DNA of 63,565 bases, filler included, from Choristocarpus tenellus KU-1152 (GCA_964200185.2; 13 parts of 13 records of this genome joined end to end with filler, not necessarily neighbours in it), one strand, 5' to 3'; shown: positions 25,633 through 40,299, counted from the first letter of the whole stretch. A program made the numbers and translations. Notes: generated by a model not told the origin, from the letters alone.

Positions 25633-25783
25633 AGCAGGGTGTCCATTCCGGCCCTGACCAGGAGGGTCAGAGTATCTGGGGGGNNNNNNNNNNNNNNNNN
25701 NNNNNNNNNNNNNNNNNNNNNNNNNNNTTAATTAATTAANNNNNNNNNNNNNNNNNNNNNNNNNNNNNNNNNNNNNNNNNNNN

Positions 25784-25892
25784 TTTGTTTCCATGCATCG
25801 GATGGATAATTTAATTGCCCTTTTCCTTGGCAGGGCCCGAATGGAGGCCCTGGTGTAGACCCCCCCCCCCCCCCCCAAAGATACTTTCAGCC
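25784..25892 (+). mobile_element. MITE family A, 3' part
   Basis: GGATGGATAAT...TGTAGAC(C)n AAAGATACTTTCAGCC. Confidence 0.75.
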
Positions 25893-27388
25893 ATTCTACA
25901 GTGTTCTCATTAGCTCTGTTGGCAAATTTGTCGCTCCTGCTTGTCGTTGAGGTGTTATTTTGTTGGGAACATGAGAAGTGCTGCTAAAATCATAGTTGGA
26001 GGTGGAGGGGGGGGGATCGCTTTACTGACATGGCTCCTGACGCACACTAAGTGATCAGCCTGCTGAGCATTTGTCTCGGATGAGAGTAGTGCATGGCTGT
26101 TGTTTATATACTGATCGCTGGACTCAGGGTTTGACGTGTTTGGGAGCAACAAATGCTTGCATGGTTGCAAAACCGTTGTTTTAGAGAGGGCTATATGGAG
26201 TCTGGTTTTAGAAATGCTTTGTCTAGTGAAGAGTTCATAGTGGGCATGTTCCATCTCCAAAGTAAGAACCTACTTTTCAATTGTTTTTCTTCAAGAGCTG
26301 TATTATTGAGAGGATAATCATTCACACCCATCTCCCATCCCACAATAGAAATGAGTGATGATGTGAAAAGATCAATTTATTTCCATTCAGTCTCTTCTAC
26401 TTTGGCAAAATTGTTTACCTTTGTTCTTGAGTATGGCTTACTCTCCTGACCCGTTCACAACAAGTACACTGCACTCACGAGAACTTTGCAAGGAGTGTCC
26501 TTCGTCCAGAGCGATCGCTTGTCTTCATATTATTCCCTACTGTCCCGATCTGCTTATGCATCCGGTTAGTTGCATTGCCATCTACTTCTTCTACACTGAT
26601 CATTTCTAATCGGGCAACAAATTGGAGAGGACTTGTGACACACTCACAAACCCCTGTCCCTCATCCGCAAAGCCTGTAGTGCTAATTGCAATATGCACTA
26701 TTTTGTGGTAATGTGCCAGGCAGCATGTCTCTCTTTCTCTGGAAAAATATTTATGGTTGGAACATGAACAGGAAATTGGCACTACCACAACACAGTCAAC
26801 TATTTAAGGCAAATGGCTTACCACCCTACCTCACCTATTCACTCTTCCATAATTCAAAAAATGTTCAGTGTCTCCCTAACCCAGATGCCTTTATGATTGT
26901 GCATGTTCTCCTTGTTAACAATCATAATGTGGCATCCCTCTCTGGGAATTCCAAACCAAACGACTATGATCCAAGGGTGGTCTGCACTTCATGACATTAG
27001 CCACCCCTCACTTGTAGACATGCTAGAGGACACTGCTACTGCAAGAGAGTCAAGGATCTTAGAGGGGTGGGGATTTGAACCGTTTTGATCATAATGCAAG
27101 GAGCTTCTAAGAGTTGCATATGACTCGCCATTTACATGGTTGATAAAATACCCCTAGATTTTTCACACCCAGGGCAACTTAAAGTCAACATTAATGGCGA
27201 TACCCTGCTGCAAAACTTTTGGTCATATTCAGACTGCGACGTCCATTATCCTGGACAACAACATTAGGTGTGATTTGCCCTGCTGCCTGTAACAATGTCC
27301 ATTTCTAAAACATTGAGGGCCCAGTCACTTGGTATAGCATCCATTGTTCATGATCAGACCCCTAGTCGAATAAATTTGGTCCATAACT

Positions 27389-27551
27389 AACAGCCGATTT
27401 CAAAAATTGAGGATGGGCTTGACCCAAAATTGACTGGGATAAAGTGTCGATATATATATTTTTGTGTTGTCATTTTAAAAAAAAACACATCGACTCTTTA
27501 TCCCAGTCAAGTTTGGGTCAAGCCCATCCTCAATTTTTGAAATCGGCTGTT
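27389..27551. mobile_element. Foldback/hairpin element (MITE-like)
   Basis: ~63-bp arms, AACAGCCGATTTCAAAAATTGAGGATGGGCTTGACCCAAA.TTGACTGGGATAAAG.GTCGAT and its reverse complement, flank an AT-rich loop. Confidence 0.8.
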
Positions 27552-30499
27552 TACTATCTCCTTTGTGTAGCTAGTACTTGGGCTTGCACGTAACATTCAT
27601 TGCCAGACCAACCTTGACGCAAAGTAAACGAGAGGTAGCCAGGTTTTGGCTGTTTCATATTTTGAGGCAGATTATTAATACATCAGAATTCACCCATATT
27701 TCTACAGATGAAGTGCTAAATTTGACTTGAGAATATTGATTTCTCAATTTGAAAAGTTTCGACCCAATTCTAAGAAAACCTTCACGAAAAAAAGGAATTT
27801 TTGTACATATTTGTCAACATCATTCGACGTAACTCCATGTACATCTCGTATGCTTCGACTCCCTGTAATGTCGGTTTTCCATCACGCTCGAGGTCACTTG
27901 CTCTGTAATCCACATTTATTTATTTGTTGTACAGGACGACAAACGCTCAGCCTCATTTGCTCCATCTGAAACATCTGTCGTTCAGCAAACAGTCAACCCC
28001 GTTTATTGCTCCATGGTGTCCGCTGTTCAGAAAAATATCTTCTTGTCTTGTACAAAGATAAAATGTTTGAGATTTGTGTCATGCGAGCATTATGTTTGTC
28101 CTAGGTGCGCCTTGATGTATATTGTTGTGGATTGCGACAATGATGGGACTTTGCCAGGAAGGTGTGAAAGTTCATATTTTTGTTGTTATTGTACTCCTTT
28201 CATGTGGCTCAGTCGTTGAGGAGGCTGCTGTTCTCTACACGAATTTTGCTCATTTGAACCCCATCGACGATAGACTTGGTTTGACGGAAATCCGGTCCAT
28301 TTTTTTAATTCCATGTGGCAAGTTCAACAAATTGTACACCTGTATCATCCCGTCTATCGCTATACCACACACAACGCTGGACCAAGATCAAATCAAGGTG
28401 GCAATGTCGAGGCTGGTCCAGGATAAGATTCGAGGGAGGAGTTCTCTCTAAGCAACCAGCAGTGGGATTGCTGACCCCAACGAATGAGAACTAAGCAGAT
28501 CTGCTCTCCATTGTTGTTTCCTTGGCGCTTGAGTATTCACACCAACTGTATACGGACCTCCACCGCATATGATCATACCTTATCATTTCATTCTGCATGG
28601 TCATATTTACTCTTGCTCCATGGATTGGTAGTGACTGTCCCACATACAAACTCAGTACGTCACCATCCATATGACACATACGTGTTGACTGGGACTTAGA
28701 CTTGATGTTTAATTAATAAATTGGACAAGATATCCCTGGTATATTGTTTGGTAGTTTAAAATGTCGCCCCCTTGTGAGAACTCAACCTCACTCTGTGCGG
28801 TAAGTATACATCAGTGCACGCCTGGATGGGATATATTCACAGTTAATTCTTCAACAACCTCCCCAACAAGGTATCGAGCCTCTACTCCGAGTGTGCATTA
28901 TATCCTACATTGCAGCACTAATGAGTGCCCCCATTGTATTGTGAAGGTTCTTCGCAGAGCACACCACTAGACCTATATCGCACTGGATTCTTGATTTCAT
29001 CAGTCGTTTAGTGTACTGGGTCACCTCTTTGAACCTCGAGACTCCGAGAATTTGCACAGAAAATTCAACTGAATCAACACACATCACTGCCTATCTGTAC
29101 TGCTTTTTCTACAGAGTATCTTAGTGCCTCCTTCAATTTAAATAATGCCAACATAAGAATGTAAAATGGGTTTTGGGCAGTTTCCAATGAAGTGTATGGT
29201 GTACATTGGTAGACTTCCATTCTTCTTGTCAGGAGTATTAATGCCCTGCTGATACACTTTTTTTTTCATTTTAGTTTGGCATGAGTATTTCTTCGAGCAA
29301 ATTGTAGTCGCCTCCCCCCTCTGTCCTACATTGTTTTTGGCGGTGAGTGTGTTCTTCAACTCGCTCTCTGTGCTCTAGTTTGAAGTCGTGCACTGTTCAG
29401 GGGGTGGAAACCTGGAGAGACTGATTGACGCTGCCGGTTTTGCTCAAACTGGAACTGCAAGATAGATCTAGCGAGCAATACGCCCTGTTGCAAGTGTCAG
29501 TGCAGGGTCTGCGCGCAATGGATTGGCACATCATGTGTCCTTTTTCGTGATTTATTGTCCACCATACCATCTTATGATTTGGAAGTTTTTGACACAATTC
29601 GGAAAATATCATACAATGCAAAATCCTTCTATATAACCTTGTCCCCCAAGAACGTCAAGATGTAGAGGATTCAAGAATCCAAAAAATGAGAATACAAGAG
29701 TCTAGAATTGATTCATGTGCAGGAACGTGAAATTACCGTGGCTCAAGCTCCTGAACCGGTGTTATTGAGATAAGGAGTGTATGGAAAGAAGGGAATAATG
29801 AGATACAGAATATATATATACATGCGTGGAAGAGTCAAAGGTGCCAAGTTCTCTGTTCAAGGGGGCAATCATAATCACCGGACTGAAACTCCGTCACCTC
29901 AGAGGGTGAGACCGAGTTTCAAAGGTCTTGGCTCAACATTTCAGAACAGATGAGGAAATCCACCACAGACCAAAACCTTAAAACACAACAGATGTTCCCG
30001 AATGACCGAGCAACGTCGCAGCAAAGAAATGGATCGGTCAGAATCGGAATGGTTATTTGTTCTGATAGTCCATTTTGGCTGTTTGATCAAATCCGGATCT
30101 TATGGGCGCGGTTGGTTTATTGGACTGGTCGGTATGGATGAGCTCAAATCAAGTGGTTGGCAAGCGCAATTGTGTATGACTGCTCATCTTATGCACAGTG
30201 TGTGTGTCGGAGATCTCAAAATGGAACCTGTCCCTGACATTGCACCCCCCCCAGTGTGGATACTATCCAACACAAACATAAAAGTGGCTGGCCATCACNN
30301 NNNNNNNNNNNNNNNNNNNNNNNNNNNNNNNNNNNNNNNNNNTTAATTAATTAANNNNNNNNNNNNNNNNNNNNNNNNNNNNNNNNNNNNNNNNNNNNCC
30401 CAAAACTTTCCACTGCAAAGGTGTTGAGATATTATGTATTTAATTAACTCCCCTCGCGTGCTGAATGTTTTATCTCACCGCGTACGAATTCCTGGGTAT

Positions 30500-33400
30500 G
30501 TGGTATGTAGATGATGAACCTTAATGAGCATTAATGTTGATAGTGCTGCGGACATTCCAGCAATATCACTCAGATATATTGAAGCCCACCCAACTCTTTG
30601 CAAGGCACCCATTTGGGAGATTTCAGCAGGTGCTCTGAATTTAAAAGGAGCTGGTGGTAGACCTTTACCTGTAAATGGTTTAATTCAATTTACACTACGA
30701 CTTGGTGACATATCAATGCCCGTCCAAGCAGTTTTCATACCTAATTTGGAAGTAGATAAAATTGTATTGGATAACAGCATCATGTCGGCATTTGGGGCAA
30801 TGCTAGATTGGGATAGAGAGGAAATGTCGTTCAAAGACAGTGATAAATGGATTCCAGCAACTCACAAAATTATTCCCCTTAACATCTGTTCCCCCCCAGA
30901 GATTTTAGCCAGATGGAAAATGCATCACCTCGTATTTCAATTTCAGTGATCACATCTGAATTTATTACACCAGTACATACAGAAGAGTATATATACCTTC
31001 CCCCTGGCACGGAAACGCTTGTTCTAGTTTGTTGTCAAGCACTCTCCGAGGAAGATCTACCGATGCAGTGGTGGAACCTATCAATTTCACTGGCACAAAC
31101 CTTCAGCAAGAGGACGACACACATCCTCACTGCAACACATTATCGTCAATCGAACCCGCACTGGTTAGGACGAAGATGGAGGATGTTTAGTCAAAATTGT
31201 CAATCTATCTCAAGAAGGGGTCAAGTTACCAACGAATTTTGTAGTTGGTCATGTCTCCCCCGTATCAATCACATATTCTTTTTCAGATACCACCATAAGT
31301 GCAGTTGCAACCACACCTCTACTCCCGGAGGACTGAAACAAGGTAGGGATGAACTGAAGAATGTTTTTTCTAAGAAGGCTTTTGCAAATACACAACTGAC
31401 ACTTTCTGAGCAAAAGGAATTACTAGATATTGTGCCTAAGTTCAGACCAGTCTTTTCACCATCTGAAAATGAATTAGGTTGTTGCACCACTACTCCTGTT
31501 GATTTTCCACTACAACCAGGCACTAGACCGGTTAGACGACCACCGTATCGTGAGGCACCAAAAATATACCACACTGTTCGCCAATGTGTAATGGATATGG
31601 GAAAACAGGGCATTATAAAACCCTCATCTAGTCCATGGCCACCCCCTGTTACCATTGTTGCAAAGCCTGATGGATCTCCTCAATTCTGTGGATTTTATAG
31701 GAACCATTAATAAACATTTGATATTTAATTCATGACTTTTACCATCTATCGATGAGAGATCATACACTTTGGGGGGTTCAAAATATTTATCATGTTTAGA
31801 TATCCAATCAACCTATTGGCAACTACCGATATAACTGATGAATGCCAACGACAAAAAACTGCATTCATCATACCAGATGGAAAACATGAGTTTTAGACAT
31901 TACCATTTGGAATACAAAACGCACCGTGGATCTTCCGGCCCTTTATGTCTGTAACTTTTCCCACATCGGTCCGAGCTCTGGGTTATTGGTATGTTTAGAC
32001 GATATTGTTTTGGCCTCTCGATCCATCATGGACACACCATAACAGTTAATAGCTACCGTACTGTTAATGTTACAAACTGTAGGGATTACGTTAAAGTCAT
32101 CCAAGGCTCAATTTGTTTCCAAGAAAATCCATTATTTGGGACATGATGTCAGCCCACAAAGAATCGCTATATCTCAAACTCGTATTGAAGCTATTTGAGA
32201 TATGCATCCCCCTCAAACGGTGAAAGACTTACAATCTTTCTTTAGGTTCAATGAACTTTGTCGGAAAATGTATTCCTCATCTAGCAGCAGGAACAGAACC
32301 GTTTGTTGAATTGATTCGCCATATACAAAAGGGAAACCCAAAAAGAGATCACACCACCTTAAAGAAATCACGGAGAGACCACAATGATATCTCATCTAGA
32401 TGGAATCGACCACAACAAACTGCTTTTGACGAGTGCGCAAACGACTTTTAACAATGGCTCCAGTCCTACACTTTCCTGATTTTTCTAAGGAAGTTTTTAT
32501 TTAAGTAGATGCTAGTAACACGGGGACAGGGGCATTTTTGGCCCATAAAATGATGATGGCAATTTTGATATAATTGCATACCATAGTGCCTTACTTCCCC
32601 CTCCCAACGAAAATATTCTGCCACACAAAAAGAGTGCCTTGCAGTTATTCTGGCAATTCAACACTGGAGATCATATGTTTGGGGTAAACACGTCACAGTT
32701 ATTAGTGATCATTCAGCCTTACGGTGGCTACATACAATGCAAGACACGTCCAATCTATTAACTCGATGGGCTCTAGCTCTGCAAAGTTTTTGTTTTACCG
32801 TCCTTCATAAGCCTGGCAGATTACAATACATCCCAGATATGTTGTCACATCCTCAACTGGAAGAGTTATGTAAACACGAACCTGAACCAGCACCCCTAAC
32901 CCCTATATGTCGAAATGTGGGCATAGAAACGACTGATTCAATTCCTCAAGCAAGTAAGGTATACCCTGCCTATGAATTGTCTGTGGGTTGACAAGGTGAA
33001 TTCACTAGGGTGACTAATGACTCCGACCTCTTTGCTAGCTCCATCAATGTTTTTCCAATAATTGATACTACAGGTCTAGCCAAAGCCCAGCACGATCAGT
33101 TTGGAGCATATTTTCAATACCTGGTAGACCCGAGTAATGCAACATTACCCTATAAGGAAACGGCCTACACCTATGTCATATTTTTTCATTCAGGAAAGAG
33201 AGAATAGAACTTTTACCCTACCGGTCTTACGAACCTGGTCATCTTTGAAAAAATGGAGAATTTAGCGATCAGTTAGTAGCCCCAACGGAGGTGCAGGGTT
33301 GAATTTTACATGCCCTACATGACCAGGTCGTCTTTCTTTCAAACACACGTTTGACCGGGTTCGAGATAGATTTTGGAGACCAACCTTACGTAAAGATGTG

Positions 33401-33540
33401 AGGAAGTGATGTGAAACTTGCCAGTCCTGTCAAAGGCGGAAAGACCACTCACACTCGTACTCCACTAACTACAGGACATATTCCTGTTACACGTCCATTT
33501 CAACGACTTGTTATTTGACCTAGTTAAATATAAGACCCCT
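30500..33540 (+). mobile_element. Ty3/Gypsy LTR retrotransposon pol, pseudogenised (protease-RT-RNase H-integrase start)
   Basis: Motifs seen: protease VDSAADI; PVRRPPYR, IIKPSSSPW..PVTIVAKPDGS; LPFGIQNAP; LDDIV; VDAS; DHSALRWL; LTRWALALQ; integrase zinc finger H..RDRFW...CQ.CQ. Many frameshifts and stops. Confidence 0.9.
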
Positions 33541-35159
33541 TAATTTTCTTTTTTTTGCGTTAATTATTTGATTGGTTCTCCTCTGCACTACGTGTTGATC
33601 ACTTGTGGGGTACCCTTCAAACTAATGCGAAAAATACCAGTCCTTGTGACACAAGTTTTGTTTCTCCCTCACACACACATACATAATGTCAGAGGCCAAA
33701 ATATAAACAATACGTCGAAGTACTAGATTATTTTTAAGTAGGATAAACACAGGAATCTCCGCATGGATCTAGCCTTCCATGCAGGGGCCCTTGCAGACGC
33801 AGGATCAGCCCCCTATCGGGACAAAGGCCTTGTCCTAGATCTTACGTTCATTATTTTGTGCTGAGTCTTGTTCATGATGCATTTTTTTCCTCCTGAGCAG
33901 GTCTCAACCCTAAGATAGCTTAACGTACCACTTAGAAGTGAAAGTCGGAGGCTGGGACACCGAAGTTCACTTCAATGGGTTGTGCGGGCTTTCCCATCCC
34001 TGGCAAGAAAAATGCTGGTTGGATGATTTCGTTGTTTGTGAGGAATCTATAGTTACATCTCCGACAAATAATCTGGAGTACGCATTAGTCTTGTTTATCG
34101 AGTGAAGGGTGATCACATGGTTCTTTTTGGTGCGAGTATGTATTGTGTTGACTAGGCTGCAACCAAAGTGATTGAAGCCTCGGTCCATATTAAGGCACAA
34201 GCTAATCGTCGCAATATAACCCTGATCCTCCCAGAGGTGTTATCCTGTCTTTTGATCCTTCTATTACTTCTGAGGATAAAACGAGGTGCGTATTTTGATG
34301 CAACTACCAATACCGATGTTGTTTAAGGGAAGGTGGAAGGTCCGATTACCTCCCTTATCCCATCATTTGCTTTCACAGTTTTAGCCATCGTCTTTGAAAC
34401 TCAGTGGTGAATTTCTCAATCTCCAAAACAGAGTGCTGCATCTATGCGTTCCCGCCACTGTGACTCCAATCGTAAGGAACAGAAGGTTAAGGGCATGGCA
34501 CAATGGAGGAAAGGAAAAGGGTGAAACTATAAACAAATGGCAAAAAAATGCCCACAAATAGCAAGGGTGATCTAGGGGGGGAGGGGAGAATAATTGTAGC
34601 ATTCATCACCTGGCAAAGAGAGGAATAGAGAATCGAAATGTGATTTGCTGTGGGGTGCGCATATCGTGACCTCTCTCCTTGATCAACGACTCAAAGGATA
34701 AGAAACACACTTGCTAAACAACATTAAATTGCCAGATAGGGTACAGGATACTGAAAAATACTAGTTAGCATTACCTGTAGGTACCTTGCGGTACCACAGA
34801 GACCAAGAGAACATGACCGATGAATCCCCCCAAAACATATTTTCCTCCTGATTCAGCTTACCGCTGATCACAAAAAAATGTATTACCAGCATTATATATT
34901 TCTTCACGGTTCACACTTCCGTGTGTAAGGTTAAAAAGGCCAGGGAGTTAGTAGTGGATATAAAAACATGTCATTTCCCAAGGTGAAGCCATTCCACTCA
35001 ATGAAATCAACAATATAGACGTATGAATGGGATGTGACAGAATTGGCGACAGCATACTTGAGATAATTAAAATTTCTGGTTATCATGGCAGAAACGGTTT
35101 TGCAGCTCATCTAGAATAGCACAACATACCTTGGGGAGGTTTCATTCCCCGGTCTAACA

Positions 35160-35538
35160 ACCTCCCCTGTCCTTGATGACGTAGACCACACCATCGGGCA
35201 TGTAGGAGATGAAGGTGTTATCAGTTGTGATGTTGCATCTGTGCTATTGCCAGAGAATGCGGGTGATGGAGGTGCTAACCCACATACATTCCCATCACCG
35301 CCATCACCTGCAAAGGGATGAGGGCGGGAACCTAGAGAAAGCTCTAGGTTCACCATGGTAGAGTCTAGCTTGATATTAAGACTGTCAGAAGATTGCGCTG
35401 ATGTAGGAGACCTAGTGTCCTCAGGGCTCAGATTGCTCTGATCCGTTTTGGTTTCTGCCTTAGGTGGCGTTGCTCCTGACCTTGCCTTCAAATTGTATTT
35501 AACCCTGGGGTTTTGCTTCAGTGAACTCACTGCAATGC
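35160..35538 (-). CDS. Possible Ser/Pro-rich exon of an unknown host gene
   Basis: A long open frame with a plausible CAG acceptor and GAG|GT donor. No recognisable domain. Confidence 0.3.
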
Positions 35539-36826
35539 CTGTTGTGCTCCATCCTTGGCCCCCTCCGAGGTCATGTCCAAGAGCATGGGAGTGAAGGATG
35601 AAGAAAGGAAAGAGGAAGAGGCCATTCCTTACATGTTCAGTGCTCAGTGCATTTTTGCACTATTTCTCATGGAGTAGCCACTAATCAGAAATTGTTCCTC
35701 ATTGGTTGGTAGGGATCGCAATCGATTTTGATATTGCCTATGAATAACTTCAATACGAAAGGATACAGGCGACTTATTTAAATCTTTTCGTTGCTGCAGA
35801 TACATATTGGTACATTGGGTAGACACATTTTTTCGCACCGTCTACTTGATTGACTACCCCAAACAAGCTATTGATACCAAGCAGTAATCACGCTCACCTC
35901 TGTGGTTGAGATCTGGATTGGAGACACCAAGTTCCTTCCTTCCACTCCAGCGAAAGTTGGGAGAAGGGGGAGAGGTAGGCGAGACAATTCCAGCCCTAAG
36001 AGCATAAGGTACAATTGTAATAAAAAAGTTGAGGATATCCTCTTTCATATATACACTTGTTTGTTCGGGAACCTTCGTATCAAATTAATGTCCAAATTTG
36101 AGGTCAGAAGATCAGTTGCCAACAGCTGGAGGTGTGCTTGGAGGAGGTGTGGATTATGCTATCATTCCAAAATATGGTCAATTAACAAAAGAAACGGACC
36201 ATGCACCAACTCTTGATTGCTGGCAATGAGCTCAGGCCAACGACAAAGGCTATAGCGATTCTATAATGTGCATTTGCACCTTAAAGGAGATGGAGCGTAA
36301 TGGCAAAGTGAAGGAGAGAGGTCACCGCATTGGCAAATGTGTCTGAGCACTATGGTGGCGCTTTCTATTAACAATGTATGCACAACTAATATTTTCTTCT
36401 ACAGTCAAAGCCCCTTCAGGAGGGTTAACTTCTTTTCAGGCATAGGCATGGTATATATCGCACAAAGTTTAGAAGGTTTTGAATCTCACGAGGGGGCAAA
36501 TCAACCCCATTTTAAATTGTTCTTTCCTTGATATTGGAATTGAGTGTTTAGAGCAGCGTAGGCAACAATGACTTGTTCTTGACAGTCCACATCGAAATCC
36601 CAAAGGAACTGCAGGAATGCGGGTGTCTATTCAACGTTGGTTGTCAAGACCATGTTGTTGTTGCCTACAGTTCTCATAATGCTCAATCCTACTATCAAGA
36701 TGTACTTTGCAGTTGAAAGGATTTCGTTTGGTCACTAAGCCTCTCCATGGCCAATATCAGAACATCTGTTGCAACATAAATCAGAACTATTTGCGGATCC
36801 CCCTGTCTGCCCAGTTTTCTGAAACG

Positions 36827-37083
36827 GAGCCAAACCAAGAGGTAGGCAGGGTTGCTTTTTTTAAGGACCCCAAGAAAGGGCAAAAATATGACATATTTTG
36901 TAGTTGCAGAAAGAGCAATTAGTGAATTGCGGTGTGATTTTGTGTATGGAAAGGGGAATGTCGATCATGTGCACACTAATGTGCACACAGTACAATTGAG
37001 ATGGAGTTTATTGCACAAGGTAAGAAAGACGACTTAGAATGCAAAAGGGTCCAAACCTGCCTACCTCTCGATTGGTTTGGCTC
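36827..37083. mobile_element. MITE family C (GAG...CTC termini, ~257 bp)
   Basis: TIR GAGCCAAACCAA-GAGGTAGGCAGG ... CCTGCCTACCTCTCGATTGGTTTGGCTC. Flanks AACG/AATA. Confidence 0.65.
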
Positions 37084-37860
37084 AATAGTGTTTTGAAGTC
37101 TTGCGATAGTGTTCTTCCATCAATGGAGAAATTTCCTTTTTTAAGTGACCAACCTTACCACACCTGTAGCTCTTAACCCCTGCTCTCCCCTGTCTGATAT
37201 ATCTTCCGGTCGCTAGAGCATGGCTCTCTTATGCCACATTCATATCTTGCCCTTCCTGGCTTGAGGGTTCTCACACCTCGACCTGGTCGTTTACTCCGCT
37301 TTCTGCAGTCTTGTTCTTGTTACTGCACTCCAATATCAACCATCACTGAAGAGTAACATTTCTGGGGCTTCCTCAGATTCTTGGTGGTGAGCTCTGAGTC
37401 TGGGATCTTGACCTCAAGAAAAGCCAGCTGTATATACAATGTGTCAATCTGGGTCAAGGGGGTACTAGATCGTCCTCCTCCTAAAGTGTAGTTTTCTCCA
37501 AGTTTAGGTGAACCTTTCCACTCCTGTATGGCCTTCAGAACGTACCTGTTTATCAGGGCTGCCAATGCGCCACTATCTGACCCTACCCTGTTCAGGATCA
37601 ATCCTGGACACGACACAAAAGCATTCTCGTGAGTCACAAAGAAGTTTCCTCAGCAACGTGCTGTTCACTTTGCGTCTCATTCAACTCCGCACCACTGGAT
37701 GCGACAATATCTGCTCCAGCAGGCCCCCGTCACAGAACTCCTGTCACAGTTCGCCTGCATCAGTGACAATAGCAGGACTTTTCTGCAGGAATTTTCTGCA
37801 AGACCTTTTCACTGCAGATAGCCTGCTGGGTGTCCACCTTAAGAAATACAGAGCATTCTG

Positions 37861-38030
37861 GCCTGAAAGTATCTGGGGTGGGGGGTGGCAGCTGTCCATT
37901 TGGGGTCAATTTTTTTCATTCCAAGATTTTTGGGTATTTTGGTTGCGTATGTCGGATAGATAATGTAAATACACTTTTCCTGATTTTGGCCCAAATGGAC
38001 ACCCTGGTGTAGACCCCTCCCCCCCCCCCC
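37861..38030 (+). mobile_element. MITE family A copy
   Basis: Family A left TIR and body; the right end is degraded near the contig end. Confidence 0.8.
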
Positions 38031-40299
38031 AAGCGCCGATTCTCGCTTGTCCGCCCCCCCCCCTTTTCCCTCTTTTTGTGCCCCNNNNNNNNNNNNNNNN
38101 NNNNNNNNNNNNNNNNNNNNNNNNNNNNTTAATTAATTAANNNNNNNNNNNNNNNNNNNNNNNNNNNNNNNNNNNNNNNNNNNNCCCACCCCCCAACCCC
38201 TATCCTGGGGTTAGTCCACATGGACAATAATATCGTTCCACCACAGCCGTACAAGAACTGACACCGGCATTGCCATCTCTCATGGATGGAACCTTGGCCC
38301 TTTCTGATTGGCTTATGGGACTTGTAAACAGTGTAGATTGGCCCACCAATAATTGTCATCTGCACGTGTTGTGCGTGCACTAACTTCATTTTCCGAGGGA
38401 GAAGTAAGCATTTTTTTTTTCTATCACCCTCATGATATCCAATGAGAAAGTTTCGCCCACCTTCCCCCTGCCCCATGCGACCTTAATCACGCCTCCAAGT
38501 ATACTGTCTGGAAAAAAAGAAAATGAACAGCCCATGTCATGGAGTGAAATGATATAATAGGAGGATCGATTTTGGTCATTCTGAGCGCCAAGGCCTTTTT
38601 TGGACCTTGTGAAGTACACGCCATGCCCATACCAAAAATGCACTTAGCCTCCTTGAGGATGATATGACTGCAGAGGGAGGTTAGTCATGAACACATTGTT
38701 AGCTGAAAGTGCCCTTACACAGTGCTCAACACACACAATATATATATATTACAAGGCAGTCATAGGCGTCCTTCAGACTCAACGACATCCCTACTGGAAT
38801 GGTATGGCTCTTACCCTTCATGCATCCTTGTGGAGAGATTGGTAAAACTATGTATGATGTTCTTTTGAGGCTTTGCACCCATGGTACAGCACCCTTCTAT
38901 ACCATTATTATAAAAAATACAGTGACCTCTGTTGCTCATCAGGCCGTTCCCAATTCCCAACACTCGCAAGGCCTGTGTCTTGGAGTAGTGCAAGGACGAA
39001 CAGTAACTTGCTAAGATCGAGGGTGAAGAGAATGTTGCAGGAGGTGTGGATGCATTTGATTGGTTCGATATGACACACAATCCACATACCATTGGTGTAA
39101 AGGTTACCTATGAAACTGTTTTACCCACAAAAAGAAATAAGTCACAATAATTTTCCCGTTTGTAAAATTTATTTTTCTAAAAGCATATATATGTATATAT
39201 ATATAACCAACAACAGGCACCAGCGTGAACGCGTATGAGGCTGAGTGGGATGAGGCCTTAATTCATTGAGGTCGCCACCAGCACCAAACTACAGCATGCA
39301 TGACAAAATTCCGTTTCAGTTCCGTCTCGCAAAACACAACGACAAACAAAAAAAGTCAATTTCTAGGAAATTTCGACCTGGGTTTAAAAAAAAAAGGTTC
39401 AAACTGGGTTTGAAAACTTAGCGTTAGGTGTATGTGTGTGTATATATATATACAAACAATGGAAGTTATAGAGCAACTGTAACTTGAATGTTGTGTGAAT
39501 AAAGGATGCTATAGAGCAAAAGAGGTCATGTTGATGTTGCAATGGATATAGCACTTGTTGTGGGTTGAACATGATCGATTGACTTGGGGTAACACTAGCG
39601 TCGAGCATTGCACTGTCGGAGGTGTGGATTGGAACTTTCTGAATCATCGATAATAATCTTGCACTTATTTACACGATTCTTTTTTGTTGTTGTTGTTCCG
39701 ATTGGCACTCGCCGTTTCCTCGGGGCCACTTCACTGTGGTCGACGCTTGGACTCAATCGAGTACATCATCTCTTTTCTGTCCAGTGTAAGGTATACCTTG
39801 TAAGTCCCTTTGACTCGCAACACTATAGATCCACCTCCTGCTATGGCTTGTTCCTGGTTGGGTACGGCTGGGCATGGCCGTCCAAACTCTAGACTTCCCC
39901 TTGGATTGTGAGAAAAAATATATATCTGCCGAAAAATTATCCGCCTTATTTGTCAAGTGCTGCAAACAGTCATATTTCGCCCACACAATTTTGGGCAATG
40001 CACGGGAGGATGGAAGGAGATAGGGGTGTGGATGAGAGGGTGTTCTGGCGACAGAGCTCTGTATTGACACAACTTAACTTTCTAGGACTCCAGTAATACC
40101 TACTTGTTGGAGAATTATCAATATGTATGCATATGCTACGTGGCATATGGCCCAGAGTATCTTAGAGGGGGGAGGGGGGAGTTTAGCCTAGGTCGTCCAT
40201 TCAGGGCTTGATGGGTTGCTGTAAGATACCCCAGTTTGATGCTCGTTTTGCAGGTGATTTTCCTTCGGATTTGGTTCAGGCAGGGGAATGGAAAAGGAA

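Noticed and set aside
28106-29466. Possible exons (VEEAAVLYTNFAHLNPIDDRL|GGGNLERLIDAAGFAQTGTAR*)
   Set aside because: One junction is in phase, but the upstream exon could not be reconciled and no family was recognised.
35885-35930. tRNA-like or PBS-like segment ending ACCA
   Set aside because: No convincing T-loop or stem pairing.
36000-37850. Possible Copia integrase/RT remnants on the minus strand
   Set aside because: Motifs are too eroded to assign reliably by eye.
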